Below, piece after piece: positions 36,596 to 46,298 of a stretch of 64,000 nucleotides of DNA. The DNA is from an uncultured Candidatus Saccharibacteria bacterium (GTDB lineage: Bacteria > Patescibacteriota > Dojkabacteria > J137), in contig CAZSKK010000001.1 in the NCBI GenBank assembly GCA_964607415.1, positions 492,939 through 556,938 on the forward strand, read 5' to 3'. The notes under the pieces are model-generated. The model made no database searches and was not told the DNA's origin. It worked only from the letters and a program-made list of their open reading frames with translations. Every line of letters begins with the position of its first letter. Position 1 is the stretch's first letter. Both the position numbers and the translations under genes were made by a program.

Positions 36596-38536
36596 ATGAA
36601 AATCATCCCACTAACCTTAGTTTTCGCTGTATTGTTTACATTAATTTCAGTCAAACTTTACGCACAGGAGATTCGGCCTCAAACACTCTTCATCACCGAA
36701 TTCTTCCCAAACCCAGAAGGATCTGATTCTGGCAAGGAATGGGTGGAACTTTTTAACAACTCTGACGAGACAATAACTTATACAAATCTGGAAATAGTAA
36801 CAATATCTGCTGCAGGAAACGAAAGGATTACCAGTATTTCTGAAATTACAGTTGAACCTTTTTCTTATTTTTTGATTTTGGAAAGTGCTAACATTGCGCC
36901 TGATTTTACTCAGAAATTAGTTGTAGGGGATGGAATGCTTAATTTATATAATGATGGCCAATTCATAAGGCTACAAGATAGGCAAAATAATATTCTGGAT
37001 GAAATTGAATACTCCACTACACCTTCGGCAAAATCATGGGAACGCAATGGGATTTCTGATATTGAAGGATGTAACTTACTTGATCTTCATTTAAGTTCTA
37101 ATTCTATCGGTATTCCAAATACTAACTTCGAAGATTCCTGCTGGGGAGAACAAATTCTCGATCCTGAGCCCGAACCTGTTAATGCTGAAATACTTTTTAG
37201 CTCCGATAATGTTAGCTTTGCTAATTCGATCTACACACTTTCTGGGCAACAAATTTACCTAGATTTCACAATGGATTCTACTCTGGAAGTTACGGATTAC
37301 ATATACTATTTGGATGATGGGACACAAGTTTATTCTCCGTTTTCAAGCGGAAATTATGTTAACCGCCCGATAAATTTACAAGTAACGCTCGAAAATAATG
37401 AAATTCACAATTTTCAAAGCCTTCCAATAAGTATTTTCCCAATAATTAATCTTAATGAGTATAGCTTTGAAAATAATCAAAATCTAATAGAAGTTTTTAA
37501 TCCAAATGCGTTTGATATCATGCTTTCAAACTATCAGTTAGCAGGCTTTGCAATTCAAGAAAACACTTGCTCCACAATTATTAACCCTAATAGCTTTTGC
37601 GTCATAACAATTCCAGAATCCTTAAATGAAATTACTTTACAAGTTGGTGATTTAATAATAGAAACTTTGCAATCTGATAGTTTGAAAGCATCTTTTTTTG
37701 AAGGTAGCTGGTACTCGGATTTCGAAAATTCTTTAGGAGCTGAAAACTTACCCCCTAGTACTTTAATAATAAATGAAATTTATCCATCCCCGAATTCAGG
37801 CGAAAAAGAGTGGATCGAAATTTACAACTATGGAAATTTTGCACTAGATCTTAAAAATTATTATTTAAAAGATAAAGTAAGTTCTGGTGGATTTGGCACA
37901 ACCAAGAGTTTCCTTCCTAATATTATTTTAAAACCGGATCAATATTATGTTGTAAATGATTTTGATTTAAAAATATCTCTTAATAATTCAGGTGATCTGA
38001 TAGGTCTTTTTAACCAAAATGATAAGCTACTGAATGAAGTTGAATATCCCGAAATTCCTAAAGGTATGTCTTACTCAAGAATTAATAATGAATTTGTTAA
38101 ATCGTACAAGTCAACTCCAGGCTTTATTAATGAAATCATATCGCAACCAATAGCGTCACTAGCCCCAAAGAAATCCACAACTTCTCCCTCTGTAAAAAAA
38201 GAGCCCAAAGTTGGTACAAATAATATAAACCCTTCATCTCAAGTTCTTGGTACCCAAGAAACAAGTTTTAAATTACCTGATTTGGTTATGCACAACAACA
38301 AAGATGCTTCAAGAACTCAAATACAATACGAAATTAATCTTTGGCCAGTTCAACTTTTTATGCTTTTTATTTTTAGCATCAGTTTGTGGCTAATAAGTCC
38401 TAGTTTTAGGAAAAAAACAATAAGGACAATTTGCATTATAAGGAATTTTTTTAAAACGCTTGATACGATGGAATATAAGGCCGCTAAACAAAATACTGAG
38501 TTTTCCAAAGCATCAAGATATGAGGTATTTGCTTAG
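36596..38536 (+). CDS. Secreted, C-terminally TM-anchored protein with two lamin-tail-domain (LTD) modules.
   Basis: Signal peptide. LTD motifs TEFFPNPEGSDSGKEWVELFNNSDETI and INEIYPSPNSGEKEWIEIYNYGNFALDL. C-terminal hydrophobic anchor FMLFIFSISLWLI. Confidence 0.6.
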   Translation: MKIIPLTLVFAVLFTLISVKLYAQEIRPQTLFITEFFPNPEGSDSGKEWVELFNNSDETITYTNLEIVTISAAGNERITSISEITVEPFSYFLILESANIAPDFTQKLVVGDGMLNLYNDGQFIRLQDRQNNILDEIEYSTTPSAKSWERNGISDIEGCNLLDLHLSSNSIGIPNTNFEDSCWGEQILDPEPEPVNAEILFSSDNVSFANSIYTLSGQQIYLDFTMDSTLEVTDYIYYLDDGTQVYSPFSSGNYVNRPINLQVTLENNEIHNFQSLPISIFPIINLNEYSFENNQNLIEVFNPNAFDIMLSNYQLAGFAIQENTCSTIINPNSFCVITIPESLNEITLQVGDLIIETLQSDSLKASFFEGSWYSDFENSLGAENLPPSTLIINEIYPSPNSGEKEWIEIYNYGNFALDLKNYYLKDKVSSGGFGTTKSFLPNIILKPDQYYVVNDFDLKISLNNSGDLIGLFNQNDKLLNEVEYPEIPKGMSYSRINNEFVKSYKSTPGFINEIISQPIASLAPKKSTTSPSVKKEPKVGTNNINPSSQVLGTQETSFKLPDLVMHNNKDASRTQIQYEINLWPVQLFMLFIFSISLWLISPSFRKKTIRTICIIRNFFKTLDTMEYKAAKQNTEFSKASRYEVFA

Positions 38537-38546
38537 ATGCTAAAAT

Positions 38547-39080
38547 ATGGAGTTTGAAACCGAAAATATGAGAATAAAAATAAATCTTTTTGAACCAAAA
38601 TTAAAAACAGAGGTGAGCATTCTAGGTAAATTATATAAAATTGAATATTCAGATAAATACTTTCTAAAGCCTAAGGTTTATTTTAAAGACAATAGAATTA
38701 TTGTTCATACATCAGAGCTCCAACCTAAAAGCTACCATACTGTTTTAAAAAAATTCCTTCTAGAGTTTAGTAAAAAAGAAATTAAAAACAGAGTTGAAAA
38801 TATAGCTTTTGAAAATGGTTTTGAATATAACAATATAGCAATTAGAGATCAATCAACAAGGTGGGGAAGCTGTTCATCAAAAAAGAACCTGAACTTTAAC
38901 TGGAGATTAATTTTTGCTCCAGAAGATATTCTAGATTATGTGATTGTTCATGAACTTTGCCATTTAAAAGAAATGAATCATTCTAAGAAATTTTGGGATT
39001 TAGTTGGCAGTATTGCTCCTAATTATAAACAGAACCGATTATGGCTTAGGGAAAATGGATCGAAGCTTCGAATTGAGTAG
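38547..39080 (+). CDS. YgjP-like (DUF45 / M48 family) zinc metallohydrolase.
   Basis: RWGSCSS...FNWRLIFAPEDILDYVIVHELCHLKEMNHS, with the HExxH motif. Confidence 0.6.
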   Translation: MEFETENMRIKINLFEPKLKTEVSILGKLYKIEYSDKYFLKPKVYFKDNRIIVHTSELQPKSYHTVLKKFLLEFSKKEIKNRVENIAFENGFEYNNIAIRDQSTRWGSCSSKKNLNFNWRLIFAPEDILDYVIVHELCHLKEMNHSKKFWDLVGSIAPNYKQNRLWLRENGSKLRIE

Positions 39081-39111
39081 CTGTATTTACAATAAAATCA
39101 CATACACTTTT

Positions 39112-40245
39112 TTAATCACCAATCCTCTTTCTAAACATAAACAATAAACCTGCAAATAATGACAGCGCTCCGATTATATAAAAATACGGAAGATTATCAG
39201 CAACACCTGTGGAAGGAAGATTAGAATTATTAGATGTATTTGTTCCTGTGTTTGTATTAGTGTTAGTATTTGTATTGTTTGAGCTCCCAGCTAAAATTGT
39301 AAATGTATCTGTATTACAAACACTACCATTTAAAAAGCAACTGGCAGAGTAATTACCTGCCGCTGAAAGAGTTACATTTCTTACCTCATTAGTACTATAG
39401 TTAACGATACTACCACTTGGTGAAGTTAAGATAATACTAGCTCCAGTTAAAAGTGCAGCACCATTTTCTGTAAAACAATTTATATGAAAACTACTTGCTG
39501 GAGTTCGTAAATTCATGGCTGAAACCTGTGCTCCACTCATCCAAGCACTAATGGTTCCTTGCTCAAACTGAATATCAGCGCCAGCACATCCACTAGCAGT
39601 TGAAACTGCATTATCTAACCCTCCACAGTATGTGTTTATAAATACTTCACTTGCTGTTAGCTCATTTACATCTTGGTCATAAAATTCAGTACAAAATGCC
39701 TTACCAATATTTGCTTTTGACCCATCTGGACAGGTTATACAAGCAAGGTTCAAATCTCGGTCACATTCATCATTATTTGCTGTAACTAAATCAGAATCAC
39801 AACTTTCACCTTCATCTTTAATTTCTGAATAACCCGAAGTATCACAATCGGTGGAACAATTTGTTACTGATTCACCTGATTCGCAAATAGCATCACCATC
39901 GCAAACTGAAGCATTGTCGCTGCATGCTGAGCACTCGCCTTTATTACATGCTTCGGTTCCAGCTGTAAAATCACCATCGTAATTTGAACAGGCTGAATCT
40001 GAACAACAAGTTGTTGTTTCACCTGAAGTATCCTTGTCTTTATCACTCCTAGATTGCAAAGCTATATACGTTGAGATCGCAATAAGCCCAAAAGTTACCA
40101 TCGTCAGAACTATTATTGCAGCTACTCTTTTCGACTCCTGAACCTTAATTCTGGAAAGATTGGGATTCAATCTTGGAGGATCAACCGGCTGATTAGCAAA
40201 GCCATTTGCTTCGTTTATTTTTTGAATATCAGCTTCGGGATTCAT
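39112..40245 (-). CDS. Cys-rich surface protein with an N-terminal signal anchor, an (NT)n repeat and a C-terminal LPXTG-type sorting signal.
   Basis: C-terminus NLPSTGVADNLPYFYIIGALSLFAGLLFMFRKRIGD: an LPSTG motif, a hydrophobic segment and a positively charged tail. No sortase gene is present in the window. Confidence 0.55.
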   Translation of the reverse strand: MNPEADIQKINEANGFANQPVDPPRLNPNLSRIKVQESKRVAAIIVLTMVTFGLIAISTYIALQSRSDKDKDTSGETTTCCSDSACSNYDGDFTAGTEACNKGECSACSDNASVCDGDAICESGESVTNCSTDCDTSGYSEIKDEGESCDSDLVTANNDECDRDLNLACITCPDGSKANIGKAFCTEFYDQDVNELTASEVFINTYCGGLDNAVSTASGCAGADIQFEQGTISAWMSGAQVSAMNLRTPASSFHINCFTENGAALLTGASIILTSPSGSIVNYSTNEVRNVTLSAAGNYSASCFLNGSVCNTDTFTILAGSSNNTNTNTNTNTGTNTSNNSNLPSTGVADNLPYFYIIGALSLFAGLLFMFRKRIGD

Positions 40246-40439
40246 ATTAAAACGATACTAAAAATAGCAAAAGAACACAAGAAGCCAGAAAACAAAGCTC
40301 AGATTATTCTAATTTACTTAAATATTCTAGTCGAATTTTCAAGAAACAATTTTACAATTTCCCAAATATGACATTGAAAATTTTTTTAATTGTAAATTGT
40401 TATTTAAATCTTCAAACGTCCTACGCCTAGCTCCAAACG

Positions 40440-41885
40440 CTATTCATCAAACTTCTCAAACAAAATCCCTGTTTGTCTATTTTTTAACATTTGTTCAGCT
40501 TTTTCGGAACTTTCAGGAATTATTGGCTTAAAAAGAATAATTACTCTTTCTATTAAATAAATAAGATTTTTTATCACCTGTTCAGAATCAACGCTTTCTT
40601 TGCTCCAAGGTTGCTTTTCTGTTATATATTTATTAGCAAACCTTGTTAATTCGTTAATTTGTTCTATTGCTTCAAATACTTCAAAATTTTCAAAATGTTG
40701 GTGATATTTATTTTCAGCTTCTTCAATCTTTGTTAAAACATCTTTATCAACCAAAGATTTGTTTACTTCTCCAATGTTTTTTTTATTAGAAAGATGAATA
40801 ACCCTATTTATAAGATTTCCCCACTGATCTGCAAGTTCCGTTTGATACTTAACTTTAAGCCTTTCAATGCTAAAATCACCATCATTTCCTATTTGAAATT
40901 CCGATAGCAATGCATACCTAACTGCATCAATCCCAAACTCATTTGCTAGATCCACAGGGCTTATTGCGTTTCCGTTGCTTTTGCCAATTTTCAAGCCATT
41001 TACCGTAAAGAATCCTGTTACCAAAATATGCTTTGGTATTTCCAATCCTGCAGACTTTAACATTGCAGGCCATAAAATTGCATGAAATTTTAGAATATCT
41101 TTTCCTACAACATGTGTAACATTGTCTGGCCAAAATTTTTCGGGATATCCTTCCTTTTTGTTTTCTGCAAAATGTAAATATGAAAGATAGTTAGGCAAGG
41201 CGTCATACCAGACATAAATTGTCTGTTCATGATCGAAAGGAACGGGAATTCCCCATTTTACATTAGCTCTAGTTACAGGAATATCTTGAAGTCCAGCTTT
41301 AACAAAGTTTTTTACAAATTCAGCCCATTTTGCAGGTAGAATAAAATCTGGATGTTCTTCGTAATATTCTAAAAGCCAATTTTGATATTTTGACCATCGA
41401 AAGTAGTAGTTTTTTTCCTTTGTATATATTGGAGTTTTTGTAGGATGGTTAGGGCATTTACCATCTACAAGATCAGCTTCACTATAATACGCTTCACAAC
41501 TTTGGCAATACCAACCTTCGTAAGATCCTTCATAAATATCACCATTGTCAAATGATTTTTGAAGTAAATCCTGCGCAAATTTTTCATGCTCAGGATGTGT
41601 GGTTCTCATAAAATAATCATTTGTTATCTTTGTTTTGCTCCAAATTTCTTTGTACGCTTCAGCGTAATCATCAACATACTCGGTAGGAGTTTTACCTTCA
41701 TCAGAAGCTTTTGTCGCAATATTTGCTCCGTGCTCATCTGTACCTGTTAAAAAAAGAGTCTCTGCTCCTTGAATTCTTGCGTATCTTGCAAGTGTATCCG
41801 CAATAAAAACGCAATAGGCAGTTCCAATATGCGGAAGTCCAGTTGGATAAAAGATTGGCGTTGTGACATAAAAATTCTTGTTCAT
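40440..41885 (-). CDS. metG: Methionyl-tRNA synthetase, short form.
   Basis: HIGH region (PTGLPHIGTAY), TGTDEHG, and a KMSKS-like GLKIGKS. Confidence 0.9.
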   Translation of the reverse strand: MNKNFYVTTPIFYPTGLPHIGTAYCVFIADTLARYARIQGAETLFLTGTDEHGANIATKASDEGKTPTEYVDDYAEAYKEIWSKTKITNDYFMRTTHPEHEKFAQDLLQKSFDNGDIYEGSYEGWYCQSCEAYYSEADLVDGKCPNHPTKTPIYTKEKNYYFRWSKYQNWLLEYYEEHPDFILPAKWAEFVKNFVKAGLQDIPVTRANVKWGIPVPFDHEQTIYVWYDALPNYLSYLHFAENKKEGYPEKFWPDNVTHVVGKDILKFHAILWPAMLKSAGLEIPKHILVTGFFTVNGLKIGKSNGNAISPVDLANEFGIDAVRYALLSEFQIGNDGDFSIERLKVKYQTELADQWGNLINRVIHLSNKKNIGEVNKSLVDKDVLTKIEEAENKYHQHFENFEVFEAIEQINELTRFANKYITEKQPWSKESVDSEQVIKNLIYLIERVIILFKPIIPESSEKAEQMLKNRQTGILFEKFDE

Positions 41886-41962
41886 GTTAGTAAGTTAAAA
41901 GTTAAATGTTTAAGGTTAAGTGCAGAAACCAGACAACAAAGACTAGAGATCAAGACGTAATA

Positions 41963-42015
41963 GTTAATTGGTCGACAACGTTTAATTAGTAAGATGAACT
42001 AATTAACAAATTAAC
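41963..42015. promoter_or_regulatory. TTAATTGG / TTAATTAG motif pair in the metG upstream region.
   Basis: gttaattggtcgacaacgtttaattagtaag is almost identical to 51269-51298 (gttaattggcttacgtttaattagtagtg). Confidence 0.35.
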
Positions 42016-42085
42016 GACGAATACCTATAACCTACTGTAGCACTAAATGCTAATCGCTATCTGCTTTACGCTATTCGCTTGCTTT

Positions 42086-42114
42086 AAAAAACAAAAAATC
42101 CTCTTTTGGAGGAT
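42086..42114 (-). terminator. Intrinsic terminator on the minus strand ending the ~330-nt 3' region of 42440..42889.
   Basis: Minus strand: stem GAGGAT/ATCCTC with loop CAAAA, then TTTTTTGTTTTTT. Confidence 0.55.
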
Positions 42115-42273
42115 CTAAAAACAAAAAATGGATGAGCCTCCTAGTATCATTACAGGATTTGCATCATCATTTTTTGGCTATTTGCTTTTATTTGCATAGG
42201 TTGATTATAGCCGAAACTAATAGTACTGCGCAACAGCCTCTCCATGTTTTCACTTCGTTCAAACTTCCCTCTC

Positions 42274-42439
42274 CTGAGATCGAAACAACATTTTATGTTG
42301 TTGAGCAAACTAACACTATTAGGTCTTAAAACCATTTCTCACTGTGAATGTATGATTCACTGTTCGTGCTGTCGAATGTAGCTAATTTTATTCTCGACAG
42401 GATAATATCCTGTCTCGGGGTGACCGTGGGCCGGTGAGG
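42274..42439 (-). repeat. Copy B of the structured repeat element: a GC-rich motif abutting the stop codon, then TACATTCGACAGCAC, palindrome GTGAATCATACATTCAC, a 37-nt spacer and hairpin GCTCAACAACATAAAATGTTGTTTCG. Possible ncRNA or 3' UTR structure.
   Basis: Matches copy A (5543-5657) in all three sub-elements and in spacing. There is an additional hairpin gagacaggatattatcctgtc. Confidence 0.5.
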
Positions 42440-42889
42440 CTACTTTTGCCACTGGCATTTATTACTAGCACTACATCCACATTTATATCCCGCTTGTGTT
42501 GGTGTATCTTGTGCTGGTGCCAAGCAAATAGATGACATTAATTCTTCGTTAATTCCTTGGCAAATTTCCATGTTACATCCAGATACAATACAATCAGAAT
42601 CTGCATTACAAGATGAAAACGTTGAGCTTCCATAATAATCAGTGTTTTCACCCGAATCTAAATTATCTTGCTCCTCTTGGGTCAATTGTCTTATGAAAGT
42701 TGTTCCATCTGGTGTTTTGCACTGCTCTGGATAAGTTTCTAAAATTGGATTTCCAGCTTCCACACATTCCTCATATGAATTTATTTCTTCGTTATCATCT
42801 TTAATCAGAACATATGAAATTACACCTGCAACGCTTGCAATAATAAAAAACAGTATCGCAAAGGTTACTACTAATGTTTTATTTTTCAT
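42440..42889 (-). CDS. Small secreted Cys-rich protein.
   Basis: Signal peptide. About 10 Cys in the mature part (SSTFSSCNADSDCIVSGCNMEICQG...CGCSASNKCQWQK). Confidence 0.5.
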   Translation of the reverse strand: MKNKTLVVTFAILFFIIASVAGVISYVLIKDDNEEINSYEECVEAGNPILETYPEQCKTPDGTTFIRQLTQEEQDNLDSGENTDYYGSSTFSSCNADSDCIVSGCNMEICQGINEELMSSICLAPAQDTPTQAGYKCGCSASNKCQWQK

Positions 42890-42938
42890 AAAGGATTTAT
42901 AAAAAGTTAAAATTTTTTAACTCTTTTGCTCTTTACCT

Positions 42939-43247
42939 CTAAACCTCTCCACCTTTTCTAGCTATTTTCTTCATTTCATTTGCTTCAAGCCTTCCTTGCA
43001 AATCCCCAAAAAGACCATCGAAAACAAAAACTGAAATAAAGTGCATAAATAAGCCAAATCCCCAGAAAACTGTTACCCAGAAGAACCAAACGCTATCGGA
43101 GTCTGTTGTAAAAATTGTTACCAAGTTGATAGTAAACAAGATTGAATTAACAAAAAGGAAACTTGCAAGATGTCCAAAAAATTCTATTTTATCTTTAGCT
43201 TTCTTTTTTGCAAGTTTAATTTGTTCCTCAGTAAGATTGGTATCCAT
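42939..43247 (-). CDS. Small membrane protein, possibly of the 2TM-domain family.
   Basis: Two hydrophobic helices (FLFVNSILFTINLVTIF; FFWVTVFWGFGLFMHFISVFVF) with W/G-rich spacing. Confidence 0.4.
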   Translation of the reverse strand: MDTNLTEEQIKLAKKKAKDKIEFFGHLASFLFVNSILFTINLVTIFTTDSDSVWFFWVTVFWGFGLFMHFISVFVFDGLFGDLQGRLEANEMKKIARKGGEV

Positions 43248-43298
43248 GAAAGTATGTTAACAACTATACTTCCATGATACTTTGTGATGTTAGAATTA

Positions 43299-43598
43299 TC
43301 AAGCTTCAAGCTCATTTAAGCCGTTGAATTCTCTACTTGCAATTATTTCAAGACGCTGCTCAGCATCTGGGTTTAGTATAACACCATTATTTATAAGAAC
43401 TTCAACTGCTGCTTTAAACGCATCTTCACCTGAGAACGGGTCATTAACAACTACTAAGCTTTTTTCTAACAGCAGTTGTAAAGCATTGAATCTATTACCT
43501 ATTCTGGTATCAGGTCCACCATTTAACTTAGTAGCTATTCTATTCAAAATTCCTACTTTTAACAAGGTTGGTGAGCTTATTCGTAAAGCATTTTCCAT
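43299..43598 (-). CDS. Hypothetical small protein.
   Basis: 99-aa ORF. Confidence 0.45.
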   Translation of the reverse strand: MENALRISSPTLLKVGILNRIATKLNGGPDTRIGNRFNALQLLLEKSLVVVNDPFSGEDAFKAAVEVLINNGVILNPDAEQRLEIIASREFNGLNELEA

Positions 43599-43641
43599 TA
43601 TTTTATTTTTAATATTTAAATAATGGCTTCTTTAGGGAGGT

Positions 43642-43899
43642 TTAGGCTTCTAAGCGTTGTTTAATTCCATTGGTAAGTAGATCTACTGGTGAATACAGCT
43701 GAGGGTAATTTGTACTTTGAACAAAAATATTAGCTTTATCCAATCTTCTATTTCGTACAGCTTCTATCTCATCAAGTATTTGTAGCATTTGGGCTATTCT
43801 GTCCTCTCCCATTTCCATTTTTGCATTCCCCAACACTATTTTCCTTAACTCAGTTGGATGAACTGGAGCAATACTATCTTGATTAATTAATTCCTTCAT
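43642..43899 (-). CDS. Hypothetical small protein.
   Basis: 85-aa ORF. Confidence 0.45.
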   Translation of the reverse strand: MKELINQDSIAPVHPTELRKIVLGNAKMEMGEDRIAQMLQILDEIEAVRNRRLDKANIFVQSTNYPQLYSPVDLLTNGIKQRLEA

Positions 43900-43993
43900 A
43901 TTTTTTATATAACCAATCCATTTTAATCCTTATAACATATTTCTGTCAACAGACAAGAGTAACAGATCAAGGGCCGAGTGTAGTGAAGATTTC

Positions 43994-44034
43994 AAAAAGA
44001 GAGCTCCGAGTTTTACCTCAAGCTCTCTTTTTTA
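43994..44034. terminator. Bidirectional terminator-like hairpin downstream of 44067..44801 (-).
   Basis: aaagagagct / ccgagttttacctca / agctctcttttttatt: a 10-bp stem, followed by a T tract on the plus strand and preceded by an A tract (a T tract on the minus strand). Confidence 0.5.
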
Positions 44035-44066
44035 TTGACGTTTCGCCAACTCTAACATCCTAAGCT

Positions 44067-44801
44067 TTAGTTTAATGCTGAAATTGCAATTTCATCAGCT
44101 TCGTTAAGCACACTTGCGTTTGGGTTGCCTTCAATAATAAGCGAATTTGCGCTATCACCAAATCCTGGGAAAAACGGTGATGCACAATAGTCAGAACCTG
44201 TTAAATCGCCAAATAAATCTGCATCCAAACTTGCACAATCAACAACGTCAGCATATCTCCACACTGTTTCTCCATTTGCTCGATATCTTATCAAATCTGA
44301 GCTAACCTCAACAATTTCGTAATCAGACTCAGAAAATCCGTTTGGGAATCCATCGATTGCTTGCAAAACTTTACTAAAAATCATCTTTGTTGTGCCTTTT
44401 GATAAAGTTAGTTCATAACCGCTTATAATTTTTCCGCTGGAGCTCCCATCTTCAGGATAAATAAAGTCTTCCCCTATTTCTGTATTCAAGCTTTGTTTCC
44501 AAGTCGGAGGAAAAGTAACTTTTATACCTCTACCTTTGTCTTCAAAAATGATATCTTTACCTACACATTCGGATGTACCTACATCAGGGCAATCTGCTGG
44601 GCTCCCTGCTTCAAGTTCATCTATTTTTTCTTGCAAAGATGCATTCTCATCTTGTTGATCACTGAAATCTTTATCTTTTTGGTAATAAAGAAATCCTACT
44701 ATTCCTGCAACTGTTGCCGCTATAACAAAAAGAATAAAAGTGAAAAATAACAAAACAGACCGGACCCAAAGTTTATTGAACATATATAGTAGTAATAACA
44801 A
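44067..44801 (-). CDS. Membrane-anchored secreted hypothetical protein.
   Basis: N-terminal TM (VLLFFTFILFVIAATVAGIVGFLYY). Cys-containing extracytoplasmic domain. Confidence 0.5.
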   Translation of the reverse strand: MLLLLYMFNKLWVRSVLLFFTFILFVIAATVAGIVGFLYYQKDKDFSDQQDENASLQEKIDELEAGSPADCPDVGTSECVGKDIIFEDKGRGIKVTFPPTWKQSLNTEIGEDFIYPEDGSSSGKIISGYELTLSKGTTKMIFSKVLQAIDGFPNGFSESDYEIVEVSSDLIRYRANGETVWRYADVVDCASLDADLFGDLTGSDYCASPFFPGFGDSANSLIIEGNPNASVLNEADEIAISALN

Positions 44802-44958
44802 GTAAATTATATAAATTCGAAACCGGATGTCAGTGATAAATCCCTCTCAGCTTTAACTTATTTTAAACTCAAACCAATCTAAAATCTACTGACTGTTGCG
44901 CAGAATTATTAAATATATTAGACTGAATTTAAGCACTTTTAACTTTTACTAGAAACAT

Positions 44959-46233
44959 ATGGCAAAGCCTAAATCTTTAAGCCTTGAAATGGAAAAATCT
45001 CCGCTTCTAAGGCAAGAATCTCCCAGCACTATACACCCAGACAAACTGGATCACTCGCGATTTTCTGACAGAATCGCTGATGAAGAAGGCAGTAGTAGTT
45101 TGAGAATTTTGATCTACGTTATAATTGTAATTGTAGTTGGTGTTGGTGCAGCACTTTTGATTAGAAATCTTATTATTAATAATGATGGAAACAAGACCGA
45201 AGAAGATAATACAACGCAAGACCAAGAAAGTGAAATGCTATCAGCCTTTGTGATTGATAAGGTTGTAACTGCTGATGCTCAAGCTATACTACCAACAAAT
45301 GTTGATAGTTATGTTAATTCTGCTCAAGTTACTTTAGGCGAAGAACTCGCAAGTGAAGCTGTTGTAAGCCTGGATAAAATCACTTACAAAAAATATACAA
45401 CATTTGTGAGAATGGAATTTGATTTTTCAGGAGCAAAACTTCCTAAATTAAACACCACTTTTGATTCAGTAAAAAATATTTTTACAATTAAATTGCCAAA
45501 TAGTGTTACAGTAAATAATGATCTAACATCAGCTCAACAAATTTCAGATCTTGTATCGACAGTAAGTTTTAATTCAACAACAAAAGAATACACTATCAAC
45601 TTGTCTGAAGATTCCTTTTATGCTGTAAAACAAAACACCGGAGATTTAATTGTTGACTTTAAAACTGCTTCCCAATTAGATGAAGATAAAAATGTATCTG
45701 ACAAACCATTAACTCCACCAGCTGCAATAGTAGAGGATACAGATACAACAACAGAAGATGATTCTAACGATAAGCCAACCGCAACCAACTACAAAAATGA
45801 TTTTTCTCAAAAACAGCAATATGTAGTTAGTGAAGTTAAAACTACATCGTTAAACTATAACAAATTTTTCTATGGTGACGCTGGTACATTTTTCGAACTT
45901 AGCTGGGGTGAGCAAGGCAAACTAGGAGAAAAAAATAGCGCAAACTCCACTGCTTATCTTAAAACTGAAAACAGCAAAGAATACTTGTATGTTGAGCTAG
46001 AGAACCTAACTCAAGAACCATTCAGTTTTCTCGGATTTACAAATAACGGAACCGATTTATCAACTTACATCAATACAAGTGGGGCTAACTTTGTGCGAAT
46101 TGATAGAATTAAGTTTGAAGGTGGAAAAGCAACGTATAGAATTGAATTAAAAAGAAAAGCTGATTTTAGCTTGCTTAGTCAACCAAGTTTCGATGGTACT
46201 ACTCAGGTTATAAGTATTCAGATCAAAGACTAA
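44959..46233 (+). CDS. Membrane-anchored hypothetical protein with a cytoplasmic N-terminus, one TM helix and a ~350-aa outside domain.
   Basis: TM ILIYVIIVIVVGVGAALLI after ~45 cytoplasmic residues. Confidence 0.5.
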   Translation: MAKPKSLSLEMEKSPLLRQESPSTIHPDKLDHSRFSDRIADEEGSSSLRILIYVIIVIVVGVGAALLIRNLIINNDGNKTEEDNTTQDQESEMLSAFVIDKVVTADAQAILPTNVDSYVNSAQVTLGEELASEAVVSLDKITYKKYTTFVRMEFDFSGAKLPKLNTTFDSVKNIFTIKLPNSVTVNNDLTSAQQISDLVSTVSFNSTTKEYTINLSEDSFYAVKQNTGDLIVDFKTASQLDEDKNVSDKPLTPPAAIVEDTDTTTEDDSNDKPTATNYKNDFSQKQQYVVSEVKTTSLNYNKFFYGDAGTFFELSWGEQGKLGEKNSANSTAYLKTENSKEYLYVELENLTQEPFSFLGFTNNGTDLSTYINTSGANFVRIDRIKFEGGKATYRIELKRKADFSLLSQPSFDGTTQVISIQIKD

Positions 46234-46242
46234 AAGTTACGT

Positions 46243-46296
46243 GTTGACGGGTTAGCGGGTTAAAAATTTAACTCGTAAACCCGAAAACTCGTCAAC
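46243..46296. terminator. Nested palindrome between convergent 44959..46233 (+) and pheT (-).
   Basis: gttgacg ggttagcgggttaaaaatttaactcgtaaacccg aaaact cgtcaac. Confidence 0.45.
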
Positions 46297-46298
46297 TC

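Noticed and set aside
42132-42335. ORFs 42132..42329 (+) and 42150..42335 (-)
   Set aside because: They lie inside the structured 3' region / repeat element B between a terminator and the gene stop. They are short, mutually overlapping and have a composition typical of noncoding sequence.
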